Source: Escherichia coli (GTDB lineage: Bacteria > Pseudomonadota > Gammaproteobacteria > Enterobacterales > Enterobacteriaceae). From it: a stretch of 64,000 nt of DNA. Of this stretch, positions 10,302-19,443 are shown piece by piece. How positions within the stretch are numbered: the first letter of the stretch is position 1; each line of letters opens with the position of its first letter. The notes under the pieces were generated by a model. That model was given only the letters and a program-made list of their open reading frames with translations. It searched no databases and had not been told where the DNA came from. The position numbers and the translations under genes are program-made. Location: the NCBI RefSeq assembly GCF_024502345.1, contig NZ_JALDNN010000001.1; one strand, 5' to 3'.

Positions 10302-11786
10302 ATGAAAGCCTACTGCACACAAAACAATATTCTCGTCACGGAAAGCACGATGAATGCTTTCAGGGAGGCCATTTTTAGCGTTCCATTCGACGACACATGT
10401 GACGGACGATGCAAGCCAACGTGGTATATGTCCATTGCTATTTTTTTGCAGCATCTTATTTGCAGCGCCACTGCGAGCCGTAACACGCGTAAGCGGTCGC
10501 AATTTAAGGGGAACCGACTATGGACCTGTTCAGTTCCGTTTCCTTATGCACTGGGAGAAAAAGTGGCTCCGGCAGTATTCAGACGCTCAAGAGAGCTACC
10601 GTTTGAAAGAGCGCTGGAAAAGCTGGAGGAAGTAGGGTTTATCAGAATCATTACACACGATGTTATACGTCACAAATGCCGGGAATTTGCGCTTTCTCGG
10701 CGGTTTCTCGACGTGCTGTTTCCCGGGGACAGAACTGCTTATCTCAACCTGGAAGATCGGTATGGCTATCTGACCGATGTTTACCGCAGACGTATGGGAC
10801 CGATGACGCTGGAAGAACGGCTTGCTCAGGCCATGTTACGAAAGTGCAAAGTCAGGCATTTAACGTCAACCCGGAATATACCTGATAAGGCCTTTCGTGA
10901 GCGGGTTGCAGCGGTGTATGACCGGCTTGAAGCGTTGCCGGTTAACATCGATGCGCTGAGGATGTACTGTAACGAGCAACCATCCACTGTGAACAGGGTT
11001 TATTATCACAATTTTATCAGCCATCTTTGTGAAGCCGGTGTTGAGGCTATCAGCCTGAGTCCGTTAATCGTCTCATATCGGCAGGTATATCGTACGGCTA
11101 GGCTGGGCGGGCGTTCGTTTGAGGTGGGGAAGGGGTTTCAGTATCTGCCAAAAGGCATGAAATGGGCATGTCTGGGGCAGGGCTATAACTACGATATAAA
11201 AAGCAGCCAGCTTGAGATACTGCGTCATGAGCTGCAGCGTATCGGATTATCCGATAAAAACCTGAAGCGGCTGGAAACGGATTACATTACAAAGAAACTG
11301 GGCGTCACCACGGATGAGGTAAAACAATTTAGGTTTGCTGCTGTCTTTAGCGCTGGTTCGGTCAGCCTTTCAGTGAAAAGTGGAGTAAGGAAGAGGCTGA
11401 ATAAAGTTCTCGGCGATAAGAGGGCAGAAAACGTGCTCAAACGCTGGAAAAAATTGATGCAACCGCTACGGGAAGATCTGAAGAGGCTGATCGAGGATTA
11501 TCTGGCGACGGGAACCACAAATCGATACGGGCTTTGCGTGAAAAATGCTGTGGGACAAAATTTTAACTGTAGCTGGAAGAATTTCAGCGCCAGACAGGCA
11601 TGGCAGCCAGCGCAGATGCACCGAAAGCTGCTTGCGCACATGTTACAGGGGCTGGAAAGTCAGGCTGTGTACGATTATGTTGCCAGCAATAAAGGCGTTT
11701 GTGCGCTAGAGCATGATGGGTTTGTTACATATGAAGAGATAACTGACTGGTCCCATCCATATCTTTTGATAGAGAAAAAGCATTGA
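10302..11786 (+). CDS. hypothetical island protein, 494 aa
   Basis: Long ORF directly upstream of hsdM; no helicase or nuclease motifs, so it is not HsdR. Confidence 0.5.
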   Translation: MKAYCTQNNILVTESTMNAFREAIFSVPFDDTCDGRCKPTWYMSIAIFLQHLICSATASRNTRKRSQFKGNRLWTCSVPFPYALGEKVAPAVFRRSRELPFERALEKLEEVGFIRIITHDVIRHKCREFALSRRFLDVLFPGDRTAYLNLEDRYGYLTDVYRRRMGPMTLEERLAQAMLRKCKVRHLTSTRNIPDKAFRERVAAVYDRLEALPVNIDALRMYCNEQPSTVNRVYYHNFISHLCEAGVEAISLSPLIVSYRQVYRTARLGGRSFEVGKGFQYLPKGMKWACLGQGYNYDIKSSQLEILRHELQRIGLSDKNLKRLETDYITKKLGVTTDEVKQFRFAAVFSAGSVSLSVKSGVRKRLNKVLGDKRAENVLKRWKKLMQPLREDLKRLIEDYLATGTTNRYGLCVKNAVGQNFNCSWKNFSARQAWQPAQMHRKLLAHMLQGLESQAVYDYVASNKGVCALEHDGFVTYEEITDWSHPYLLIEKKH

Positions 11787-11922
11787 AGCAAGTTATACAT
11801 TATCTAAATCTGAGGGCTCATAGATTGGGCTGTTGCTCGGTTAAATCATTGTATCTTTTCAGTATGTTATAGTGTATTCTCATTTAAAGTGAGCGTAACT
11901 ATATCCTGAGTCAATTGAAAAT

Positions 11923-13458
11923 ATGAAGCAAGAAACGATCGTTCAAAAAATTTGGAGTCTCTGCAACATACTAAGAGGTGATGGTATCACCTATTATCAG
12001 TATGTTTCTGAACTAAGTTATTTGCTTTTTCTGAAGATTGCTCAAGAAAATGGTTCAGAAAAGCTGATACCTCAAGGCTACCGCTGGGCTGATCTTGAAT
12101 CCCATCCAGAAGCAGGATTATTAGGGTTTTATCAAGAGATGCTCACTCACTTGGGTGCGCATGTTAAAAATGAAATCATAAGAGAGATTTACGCATTCCC
12201 TACAACCGTTTTCTCCCATTCTGAAAATTTAAAAGCTGTTGTAGATGGTATTTCGAAAATAGAGTGGCACCAAGTAGGAAAAGATGGGTTTGGCGACCTC
12301 TATAGTGGTTTAATTGATAAAAGTGCTCAAGATACGCGTTCGGGAGCCGGGCAGTATTTTACTCCACGCTCTTTAGTTAACACGATAGTGAGATTGATAA
12401 AACCGAGTCTTGGCGAATTGATTCAAGATCCTGCGTCAGGAAGTGGTGGCTTCTTAGTTTCTGCTGACAGCTATATTCGAGTCAAATATTCACGAAAAGA
12501 GTATCAATTGAACCCTCCTAAATATCAAGGAGTGGAAATAGAGAAAAATACTCGTCGAATTTGCTTAATGAATACCTTTTTACATGATTTAGATGCACAC
12601 ATTATCTATGGTGATGCACTGACTGATGACGTAGCAGGGTTGGATGAAGCCGATGTAATCTTAGCCAATCCCCCTTTTGGCAATAAGGCTGGGGGACAAC
12701 GTCCTTTACGTAACGATATTCCATTCCCCAATACAAATAAGCAATTAGCTTTTTTGCAGCATATTTATTTGAAGCTTAAAGCTGGCGGTCGAGCTGCTGT
12801 AGTGGTACCCGATAATGTACTATTCGAATCTGGGGTTGGTACCGATGTACGTCGTGACTTAATGAATAAGTGCAATCTTCATACTATCTTGCGACTGCCC
12901 ACTGGTATTTTTTACGCCCAAGGTGTTAAAACCAATGTTCTGTTCTTTACTAAAGGCTCTGACAAAGATAAATATCAACAAGATAGCTGCACTGAGAACG
13001 TCTGGGTATACGATCTACGTACCAATATGCCAAGTTTTGGTAAACGTACACCCTTCGGTAATTCAGATATTGGCTTTGCGGCAGAAGATTTCGGTACAGA
13101 TCAGCACCTCGGCGCGTTCGAAAAAGTGTTCGGAGATAATCCAGACGGCACCAGCAAGCGCACCGAAGGTGAATACAGCTTTGGTGCAACAGATATTGAA
13201 ATTGATACAGAAGCAGTAGAAGAAAACCTGAATGTTGATGAACAGCTAGCCCATTCTCGCTGGCGCTACTTCAGCCGTGAGTGGATAGCCAATAATAAAG
13301 GCGATTCGCTGGATATCTCATGGTTAAAAGACAAAAAGAGTGTCGATGCGGCTGGTTTATCCGAGCCAAACGTTCTCGCTCGCGAGGCAAAAGAAGAATT
13401 AGAAGCAGCATTGAGTGAGCTGGATAGTTTATTGATCGCATTGGAAGGGGCCGAATAA
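11923..13458 (+). CDS. hsdM: Type I restriction-modification N6-adenine DNA methyltransferase subunit HsdM
   Basis: 511 aa; SAM-binding and catalytic motifs (DPASGSGGFL; ANPPFG) typical of HsdM; AT-rich codon usage. Confidence 0.9.
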   Translation: MKQETIVQKIWSLCNILRGDGITYYQYVSELSYLLFLKIAQENGSEKLIPQGYRWADLESHPEAGLLGFYQEMLTHLGAHVKNEIIREIYAFPTTVFSHSENLKAVVDGISKIEWHQVGKDGFGDLYSGLIDKSAQDTRSGAGQYFTPRSLVNTIVRLIKPSLGELIQDPASGSGGFLVSADSYIRVKYSRKEYQLNPPKYQGVEIEKNTRRICLMNTFLHDLDAHIIYGDALTDDVAGLDEADVILANPPFGNKAGGQRPLRNDIPFPNTNKQLAFLQHIYLKLKAGGRAAVVVPDNVLFESGVGTDVRRDLMNKCNLHTILRLPTGIFYAQGVKTNVLFFTKGSDKDKYQQDSCTENVWVYDLRTNMPSFGKRTPFGNSDIGFAAEDFGTDQHLGAFEKVFGDNPDGTSKRTEGEYSFGATDIEIDTEAVEENLNVDEQLAHSRWRYFSREWIANNKGDSLDISWLKDKKSVDAAGLSEPNVLAREAKEELEAALSELDSLLIALEGAE

Positions 13459-15143
13459 TGATTGAGACTTCTTTACCATGGCTGAGAGTCCAGCTCGGTG
13501 ACGTAGTTCCCTATGGTAAAACCGAAAAATGCGAATTATCTGACGTTACAGGTAACACTTGGGTACTTGAGCTCGAAGATATAGAAAAAGATAGCTCGAA
13601 GATCATACAACGGCTAGATGCAACTGCACGACCATTTAAAAGCACGAAAAATAAATTCCGTAAAGGAGATGTCCTTTACGGGAAACTGCGACCTTACTTA
13701 AATAAAGTTGTCATTGCGGACAGTTCTGGCGTTTGTTCGACTGAAATCATGCCTCTAAATGCTGAGCCATTTATTGACAATAGGTACCTCTTTTACTGGT
13801 TGAAAACTGAAGTTTTTATTGATTTTGTAAATTCTGTAAGCTACGGCGTGAATATGCCTCGACTCGGAACTAAAGATGGATTAGCTGCTCCATTTATTGT
13901 AGCTCCGCTTGCTGAGCAAAAAGTTATTGCCGATAAACTTGATACCTTGTTGGTGCAGGTGGATGCCATTAAGGCTCGCCTCGAACGCATCCCAGAAATC
14001 CTAAAAACCTTCCGCCAATCGATCCTCACCGCCGCAGTTAGTGGGAAGTTGACGGAGGGATGGCGATTAAAGAATAAACTCAGTAATGTAGTTGTAAAAC
14101 AAAATATCAATCTACCAAAATTAACCCCAAATGAACACTACCTCGAACATGTTGAAGGATGGCAATGGGTAAGACTGGGTTCTGTTGTTAGTCTAATAAA
14201 CGGCGATAGAGGAAAAAACTACCCTAATAAAAATGAATATGTTAAGGATGGAATACCGTTCATAAATACAGGGCATATTAATTCAGATGGAACACTTTCT
14301 GATGAACGCATGAATTTTATTTCCAAGGATAAGTTTGACTCCTTAAGTGGGGGAAAGACGAAATCAACAGATCTAGTTTATTGCCTCCGAGGTGCAACTA
14401 TGGGAAAAACTGCACGTGTCCACTACAAAATAGGGGCAATAGCATCCTCTCTTGTAATTATCCGACCGAGTGATTACATAGACAGAGATTTCGCATATTA
14501 TTTTCTTATTAGCCCTCCGGCTAAAGATTTAATTAATGAATTTGATAACGGATCCGCTCAGCCAAATCTATCTGCAAAGAGTTTGTCTACATACCCTTTA
14601 CAACTCCCTTCGTTTAAAGAACAAATCGAAATCGTCAGTCGCGTCGAAGAAATGTTCAACTTTTCATCTCTTGCCGAAGCAAAAGCTAAAACTGCATTAG
14701 AGCGTGTCAATAAAATTACTCAATCAATCCTAGCCAAAGCTTTCCGAGGCGAACTCACTGCAGATTGGCGCGCCGCCAACCCGGATTTAATCAGCGAAGA
14801 GAAAAGTGCTGAAGCTTTGCTGGAAAAAATTAAGGCAGAACGTGAAGCCATCGAAAAACAACCTAAGCCAACACGTTCCGTTATAAAAAAAAATACAGGT
14901 GGCCGTATGAGTAAACAGATTATCAAAGTGGTTGAAGCGCTAAAACAAGCGGGAAAACCGCTTAGTGGCCAACAATTGTTAGCTGCAGCTGGTTACCCTA
15001 GTGATAGCAGTACTGAGCAACTGGAACAGTTCTTTCTGGATATACGTGACGCTCTTACCATAGAAGAGTCCATTGTAAAGCTTGAGCGCGGTGGCGACAG
15101 TCAAGATTGGTTCGCCTTGGCTAATAATAAAGCAAAGAACTAA
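13458..15143 (+). CDS. hsdS: Type I restriction-modification specificity subunit HsdS with ~120-aa C-terminal extension
   Basis: Start ATG overlaps hsdM stop (ATGA). Two variable target-recognition regions separated by conserved helical repeats (...PLAEQKVIADKLDTL... and ...LPSFKEQIEIVSRVEEM...ILAKAFRGEL), then an extra tail. Confidence 0.85.
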   Translation: MIETSLPWLRVQLGDVVPYGKTEKCELSDVTGNTWVLELEDIEKDSSKIIQRLDATARPFKSTKNKFRKGDVLYGKLRPYLNKVVIADSSGVCSTEIMPLNAEPFIDNRYLFYWLKTEVFIDFVNSVSYGVNMPRLGTKDGLAAPFIVAPLAEQKVIADKLDTLLVQVDAIKARLERIPEILKTFRQSILTAAVSGKLTEGWRLKNKLSNVVVKQNINLPKLTPNEHYLEHVEGWQWVRLGSVVSLINGDRGKNYPNKNEYVKDGIPFINTGHINSDGTLSDERMNFISKDKFDSLSGGKTKSTDLVYCLRGATMGKTARVHYKIGAIASSLVIIRPSDYIDRDFAYYFLISPPAKDLINEFDNGSAQPNLSAKSLSTYPLQLPSFKEQIEIVSRVEEMFNFSSLAEAKAKTALERVNKITQSILAKAFRGELTADWRAANPDLISEEKSAEALLEKIKAEREAIEKQPKPTRSVIKKNTGGRMSKQIIKVVEALKQAGKPLSGQQLLAAAGYPSDSSTEQLEQFFLDIRDALTIEESIVKLERGGDSQDWFALANNKAKN

Positions 15144-15152
15144 GGACAGCCC

Positions 15153-16757
15153 ATGAAAGTCGACAAACTGCATATTCGCTCACGCTTTAAAAATCTTGAA
15201 AACGTGAAAGTGGACTTTGACGAAAACCACCTGATGACCGTTATCGTAGGCCGTAATGGTTCCGGTAAGTCCAATGTTCTAGAAGCCTTGGTTGCTATAT
15301 TTCGCAATCTTGATTTAGGTGAAGCACCAACATTTTCTTATGAGTTGGACTATCAACTAGGTGAGGAAGCCGGGGTTAAGTGGTATGACGTCAAGGTTGA
15401 TGCAGATCCAGACCGCGGAACGCTAGCAAAGCAATACCAAGTTTATGTCAAAGATAAACACGATAGCAAAGCGGATTTCAAGCTTACACCCTTCTCCAAA
15501 GTGAAACGCGATAAGAAAACCAAACAAGCAGAGTTTCTTCCTAACTTTCTATTCGCCTATTATTCCGGACCATCGGATAGATTAGAAAAATACTTTCGAA
15601 AGCATCGTGATGATTATTATCGAAACCTACTCTACAACAAGCTTGACTTGAAAGCAGATATTCGTTCTCTATTTTATGCCAAACCCTATCACAGTCAGTT
15701 TGTGCTCTTGGCATTTTTCCTGTCAGATGAAAATAGTCCTCAGCGCAAGTTTATTAAGGAGCATTTGGGTATTGAGGGATTGGACAGTATTCATTTTGTG
15801 ATGCGCCAACCTGAGTGGGCTAAGCTGAAGGGGGAATTATTCTGGGGAGCACAAGGTGTAGTTCGTCGCTTTTTGGATGAATTGATACAGCACACATTGT
15901 CACCGATAAAAGTAACTCGTCAAGAAGATACGTCGTTAACGGGTAGTTATATTCGAAATGAGTTCTTTCATCTATTTTTACCTGACGTAAACGCACTACA
16001 TGAATTTGCTAGAGATCTCAGTGCTGACGAACTGTTTAAAATGCTTGAAAGCACTCTGCTGTCAGAAATTATCTCTGAGGTTAGCATACGGGTGAAAGTA
16101 ACCAGCAGCAGGGAGCCTCTCACTTTCCGTGAACTTAGCGAAGGTGAACAACAGCTATTAACCGTATTGGGCTTACTCTGGTTCACCGGTGGTAAAGATT
16201 CCTTATTTTTACTCGACGAACCTGATACCCACCTTAATCCGTCATGGGCCGTTAAATACCTTAAATTCCTGCGTGAATTCGTACCCAATCATGAAACCAG
16301 CCATTTACTAATGGTCACACACCATCCTTTAGCTATTGCCGAGCTGAAGAAACAACAAGTACAAGTCATGTGGCGTGACGATGAAAATAATGTTCACTCA
16401 CAAGAGCCTTATATAGATCCTCGTGGCGCTGGCTTTATGGCCACACTTACTGAGATTTTTGGTCTAAATACAACACTGGATCTGGAAACCCAAAAGTTAT
16501 TGGACGATAGGAACGAACTAGCCCATATCGAAAATCGAACAGAAGATCAGAACAACCAGCTTGACCTTCTTAATGATGAGTTAAACAGACTAGGATTTTC
16601 ACTTGAAAACAGGGACCCGTTATACAGCGAGTTTCTTTTAGCATGGCAAGACCTAAGATACAGCGATAAACCACCACTAACACCGGATAAAGCGGCTCAG
16701 AGACGAGCTGCTATGAAAAATGTAATTGAGGCGCTTAAAGCTAAGAAGGGTTGCTAA
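15153..16757 (+). CDS. ABC-type (AAA_15/AAA_21-like) ATPase, Septu PtuA-like
   Basis: 534 aa; Walker A GRNGSGKSN, signature-like LSEGEQ, Walker B LFLLDEPDTHLNP, H-loop VTHHP; starts 10 bp after hsdS with AAGGA RBS. Confidence 0.75.
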   Translation: MKVDKLHIRSRFKNLENVKVDFDENHLMTVIVGRNGSGKSNVLEALVAIFRNLDLGEAPTFSYELDYQLGEEAGVKWYDVKVDADPDRGTLAKQYQVYVKDKHDSKADFKLTPFSKVKRDKKTKQAEFLPNFLFAYYSGPSDRLEKYFRKHRDDYYRNLLYNKLDLKADIRSLFYAKPYHSQFVLLAFFLSDENSPQRKFIKEHLGIEGLDSIHFVMRQPEWAKLKGELFWGAQGVVRRFLDELIQHTLSPIKVTRQEDTSLTGSYIRNEFFHLFLPDVNALHEFARDLSADELFKMLESTLLSEIISEVSIRVKVTSSREPLTFRELSEGEQQLLTVLGLLWFTGGKDSLFLLDEPDTHLNPSWAVKYLKFLREFVPNHETSHLLMVTHHPLAIAELKKQQVQVMWRDDENNVHSQEPYIDPRGAGFMATLTEIFGLNTTLDLETQKLLDDRNELAHIENRTEDQNNQLDLLNDELNRLGFSLENRDPLYSEFLLAWQDLRYSDKPPLTPDKAAQRRAAMKNVIEALKAKKGC

Positions 16758-17599
16758 TGATTTACATCAAACGAGACGCCACGCTAATTCCTGCAAAGGT
16801 ACTTGCCGTTGCCCAACGCGCGCAAGATGCTCTGGAACAGCTTCCCGCTGAGCAGAGGAAAGGTTTCATCAAGAAAAAGTCTCATATATGGAGAGGCTTT
16901 TCTAAATACCTAGCCCAAATGTCTTATGGGAAGTGCTGGTATTCAGAAGCTAAAGATGCAGGTGCAAATTTCGATGTAGATCATTTCCGACCTAAGGCTG
17001 AAGCAAAGAGGACAGAAGATTTGGTCGATGCGGATGGTTATGCGTGGCTCGCATTTGATTGGGAAAACTTCAGGCTTTCTGCTCAGAATTGTAACCGTTT
17101 AAACACAGATGAATCAGGTAACACGGTAGGAAAAGGCAGTTGGTTCCCGCTGCTAGATGGTAGCCCTAAAGCCTGCTGGGATAATCGCTGTATTAACGAT
17201 GAAAAAGTCACTTTGCTAGACCCTGTAGTTAAAGCTGACCTCACCTATATAGACTACGACGACAGCGGTAGATTTACTTCAAGTAAGCTCTGCGTTGGTA
17301 AGGCAGCATTAAGGGTTAGGCAATCTGGCATTATTTATGGCCTCAATTTGGAGAAAATGCGTGAAGCACGATTTCAGGTTATGAGGGAGGCTAAAGAACT
17401 CCTTGAAACTATTCACCAATGTGCCGAAGACTTAGACCCTCTGGGCAATGAAGCCCCCATGAGAACTATTGAACGACAAATAGAACAACTCCAATCCAGA
17501 ACCCGGGCCGATGCACCATTTAGCCGTGCAGTAAGAACACAACTGATAAAACTCGGTGCAGAGGATTACTTAATTGATCGAAGTTTGGATGCAGCCTAG
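16757..17599 (+). CDS. HNH endonuclease-domain protein, Septu PtuB-like
   Basis: ATG at 16757 overlaps the upstream stop (TAATG); HNH-type motif CWYSE...DVDHFRPK...NFRLSAQNCNRLN. Confidence 0.7.
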   Translation: MIYIKRDATLIPAKVLAVAQRAQDALEQLPAEQRKGFIKKKSHIWRGFSKYLAQMSYGKCWYSEAKDAGANFDVDHFRPKAEAKRTEDLVDADGYAWLAFDWENFRLSAQNCNRLNTDESGNTVGKGSWFPLLDGSPKACWDNRCINDEKVTLLDPVVKADLTYIDYDDSGRFTSSKLCVGKAALRVRQSGIIYGLNLEKMREARFQVMREAKELLETIHQCAEDLDPLGNEAPMRTIERQIEQLQSRTRADAPFSRAVRTQLIKLGAEDYLIDRSLDAA

Positions 17600-17770
17600 T
17601 TGTTTATCTTTCTGATAATGGGGTTGTCCGTTAGCCAACCTGATATATTGCTTAAAGGGCTTGCCCGATGAGTGAGCCTTTGACGGGGCTTGATATGAAT
17701 TTGCGTAGAAGTTTTGGTATACTGTTTAAACGATGTCTTTCAGCCCAGATTCAACTTCTTAGGAGTGATT

Positions 17771-17941
17771 ATGAGCACCCACAAAAAAACTCAGGCAAGC
17801 TACGCTAAGCCATCTCGTGCTGACATTGTTCGCTCAGTAGCAACATCTACGGCTGTTGAAACAGGGCAGTCCTCCGCGAAGATCGAAGCTTCACTTGAAG
17901 CCACGCGCAAAAAATTTGCTCATTTGCGTCTTGCGGTTTAA
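17771..17941 (+). CDS. small protein of unknown function (56 aa), convergent with the Fic gene
   Basis: ATG preceded by AGGAG RBS 5 nt upstream; 3' end overlaps the Fic stop region by 4 bp. Confidence 0.5.
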   Translation: MSTHKKTQASYAKPSRADIVRSVATSTAVETGQSSAKIEASLEATRKKFAHLRLAV

Positions 17942-18555
17942 TCCCTTCTTAATGCTTCTCGCACCCAGTGTTTCATCGGCTCATAGTCCATTGATATGCC
18001 AGCATGGATGGCCGATATATACTGAGTTTTGTTTTGCTCCCAGCTTTGATAATCCAGCGGTTTGTATCCTCCCTGAACGGCCATCACGTCGGCTAGCAGT
18101 CGCGACAGGCGTCCGTTTCCCTCTCTGAATGGATGGATAAGTATTATCTCTACATGGGTTATGGCGATAGCGGTGATGAGTTGTTCTTCGTCCATGCCGC
18201 TACACGGTGTGTATTGAGCCAGATACTTAGTGTCGAATTCGTTCAGCAGTTTTGGCACCTGCGCTGAGGGGGCAAACATAAAGCCGCCTTTGCTAATATT
18301 CACCGCTCTTTCTTGTCCAGCCCACTCGTAGATGTTACCTAACCAGCGGCGATGCCAGCTTTTTAGCATGGCTACGCTGAGCTGTCCTTCCGGGAACTGC
18401 TCTTCAAAAACAGACTGGTAGAGTTGTTCTAACAGGACAAGTTCAGCCTCATCCATCTCATCAGAAGTCGCAATCCCCAGCTTATTAGCCAAAACCTGCT
18501 CGCCAGAGTCTTTCTCATACTGGCCTTCACTGCTGGATACATGGTATCGGCTCAT
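17938..18555 (-). CDS. Fic-domain protein (putative AMP-transferase)
   Basis: 205 aa with canonical Fic motif HPFREGNGRLSRLL. Confidence 0.85.
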   Translation of the reverse strand: MSRYHVSSSEGQYEKDSGEQVLANKLGIATSDEMDEAELVLLEQLYQSVFEEQFPEGQLSVAMLKSWHRRWLGNIYEWAGQERAVNISKGGFMFAPSAQVPKLLNEFDTKYLAQYTPCSGMDEEQLITAIAITHVEIILIHPFREGNGRLSRLLADVMAVQGGYKPLDYQSWEQNKTQYISAIHAGISMDYEPMKHWVREALRRD

Positions 18556-19053
18556 GGAGATGCCCTGTGTTATTAGAAGGAGGGGAAAACAGAGAGAGTA
18601 TAACGCTGGATGAGTACAGCAAACAATATTCTTAAAATCAGATAGTTACAAAAGTGTAGGTTAAAATGTATTTTTTATTCTCTGGTGGAAAATAATCTTT
18701 AATAATCAGCATTAACACACCAATGCATCATGGGCGTATGGGCGTCGAAATTTTCTATTGCACTCATGGGGTTATGTCCGGTTCCCTGATATTAAATGGG
18801 GTGTGATGGTTTTTATTTTCGTTGTAATCACATAAGGCGCACATGATACCGGAGTTAATCATTTCAGGGGAAGAAGCGAACGGCGAGTTCTTGATGTTGG
18901 TTCCGGGAAAGATGCTGTTTTGCAGCTTTTGCGTGATGCTTATGAAGCAAGTACGCAAAATTGCGTCGGTTGAATAAACCTCCTCCTTCAGAGCCATAGT
19001 CCCCTTTCAAATTAAGTTGTAGTATAAATACACCTTAAGAGTATGGAGGCAGT

Positions 19054-19407
19054 ATGTCCGGCAAGCGTATCTCTCGTGAAAAACTGACGATTAAAAAAAT
19101 GATCGATCTTTATCAAGCGAAATGCCCGCAGGCGTCAGCGGAGCCGGAGCATTACGAGGCGTTGTTTGTTTACGCGCAAAAGCGGCTGGATAAATGTGTG
19201 TTCGGCGAAGAGAAACCAGCCTGTAAGCAGTGTCCGGTGCACTGTTACCAGCCTGCAAAGCGTGAAGAGATGAAACAGATTATGCGTTGGGCCGGGCCGA
19301 GAATGCTGTGGCGTCATCCGATCTTAACCGTGCGTCATCTCATCGATGACAAGCGTCCGGTGCCAGAACTGCCGGAAAAATATCGTCCGAAAAAACCTCG
19401 TGAATAG
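19054..19407 (+). CDS. ygbA: YgbA (nitrosative-stress-inducible protein)
   Basis: 117-aa protein recognised as YgbA; convergent with fhlA as in K-12. Confidence 0.85.
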   Translation: MSGKRISREKLTIKKMIDLYQAKCPQASAEPEHYEALFVYAQKRLDKCVFGEEKPACKQCPVHCYQPAKREEMKQIMRWAGPRMLWRHPILTVRHLIDDKRPVPELPEKYRPKKPRE

Positions 19408-19410
19408 TAT

Positions 19411-19434
19411 GCCGGACAGTCAGATCTGTCCGGC
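19411..19434. terminator. hairpin between convergent ygbA and fhlA (candidate bidirectional terminator)
   Basis: GCCGGACAG-tcagat-CTGTCCGGC perfect stem-loop between two stop codons. Confidence 0.5.
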
Positions 19435-19443
19435 AATTTGCAG

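Noticed and set aside
10302-11786. Candidate HsdR upstream of hsdM
   Set aside because: Protein is only 494 aa and lacks Walker A/DEAD-box helicase and PD-(D/E)xK motifs expected of HsdR.
18764-18997. 77-aa minus-strand ORF upstream of the Fic gene (possible antitoxin)
   Set aside because: No RBS; separated from Fic by ~200 bp; lies in what looks like the ygbA upstream region; no recognisable motif.
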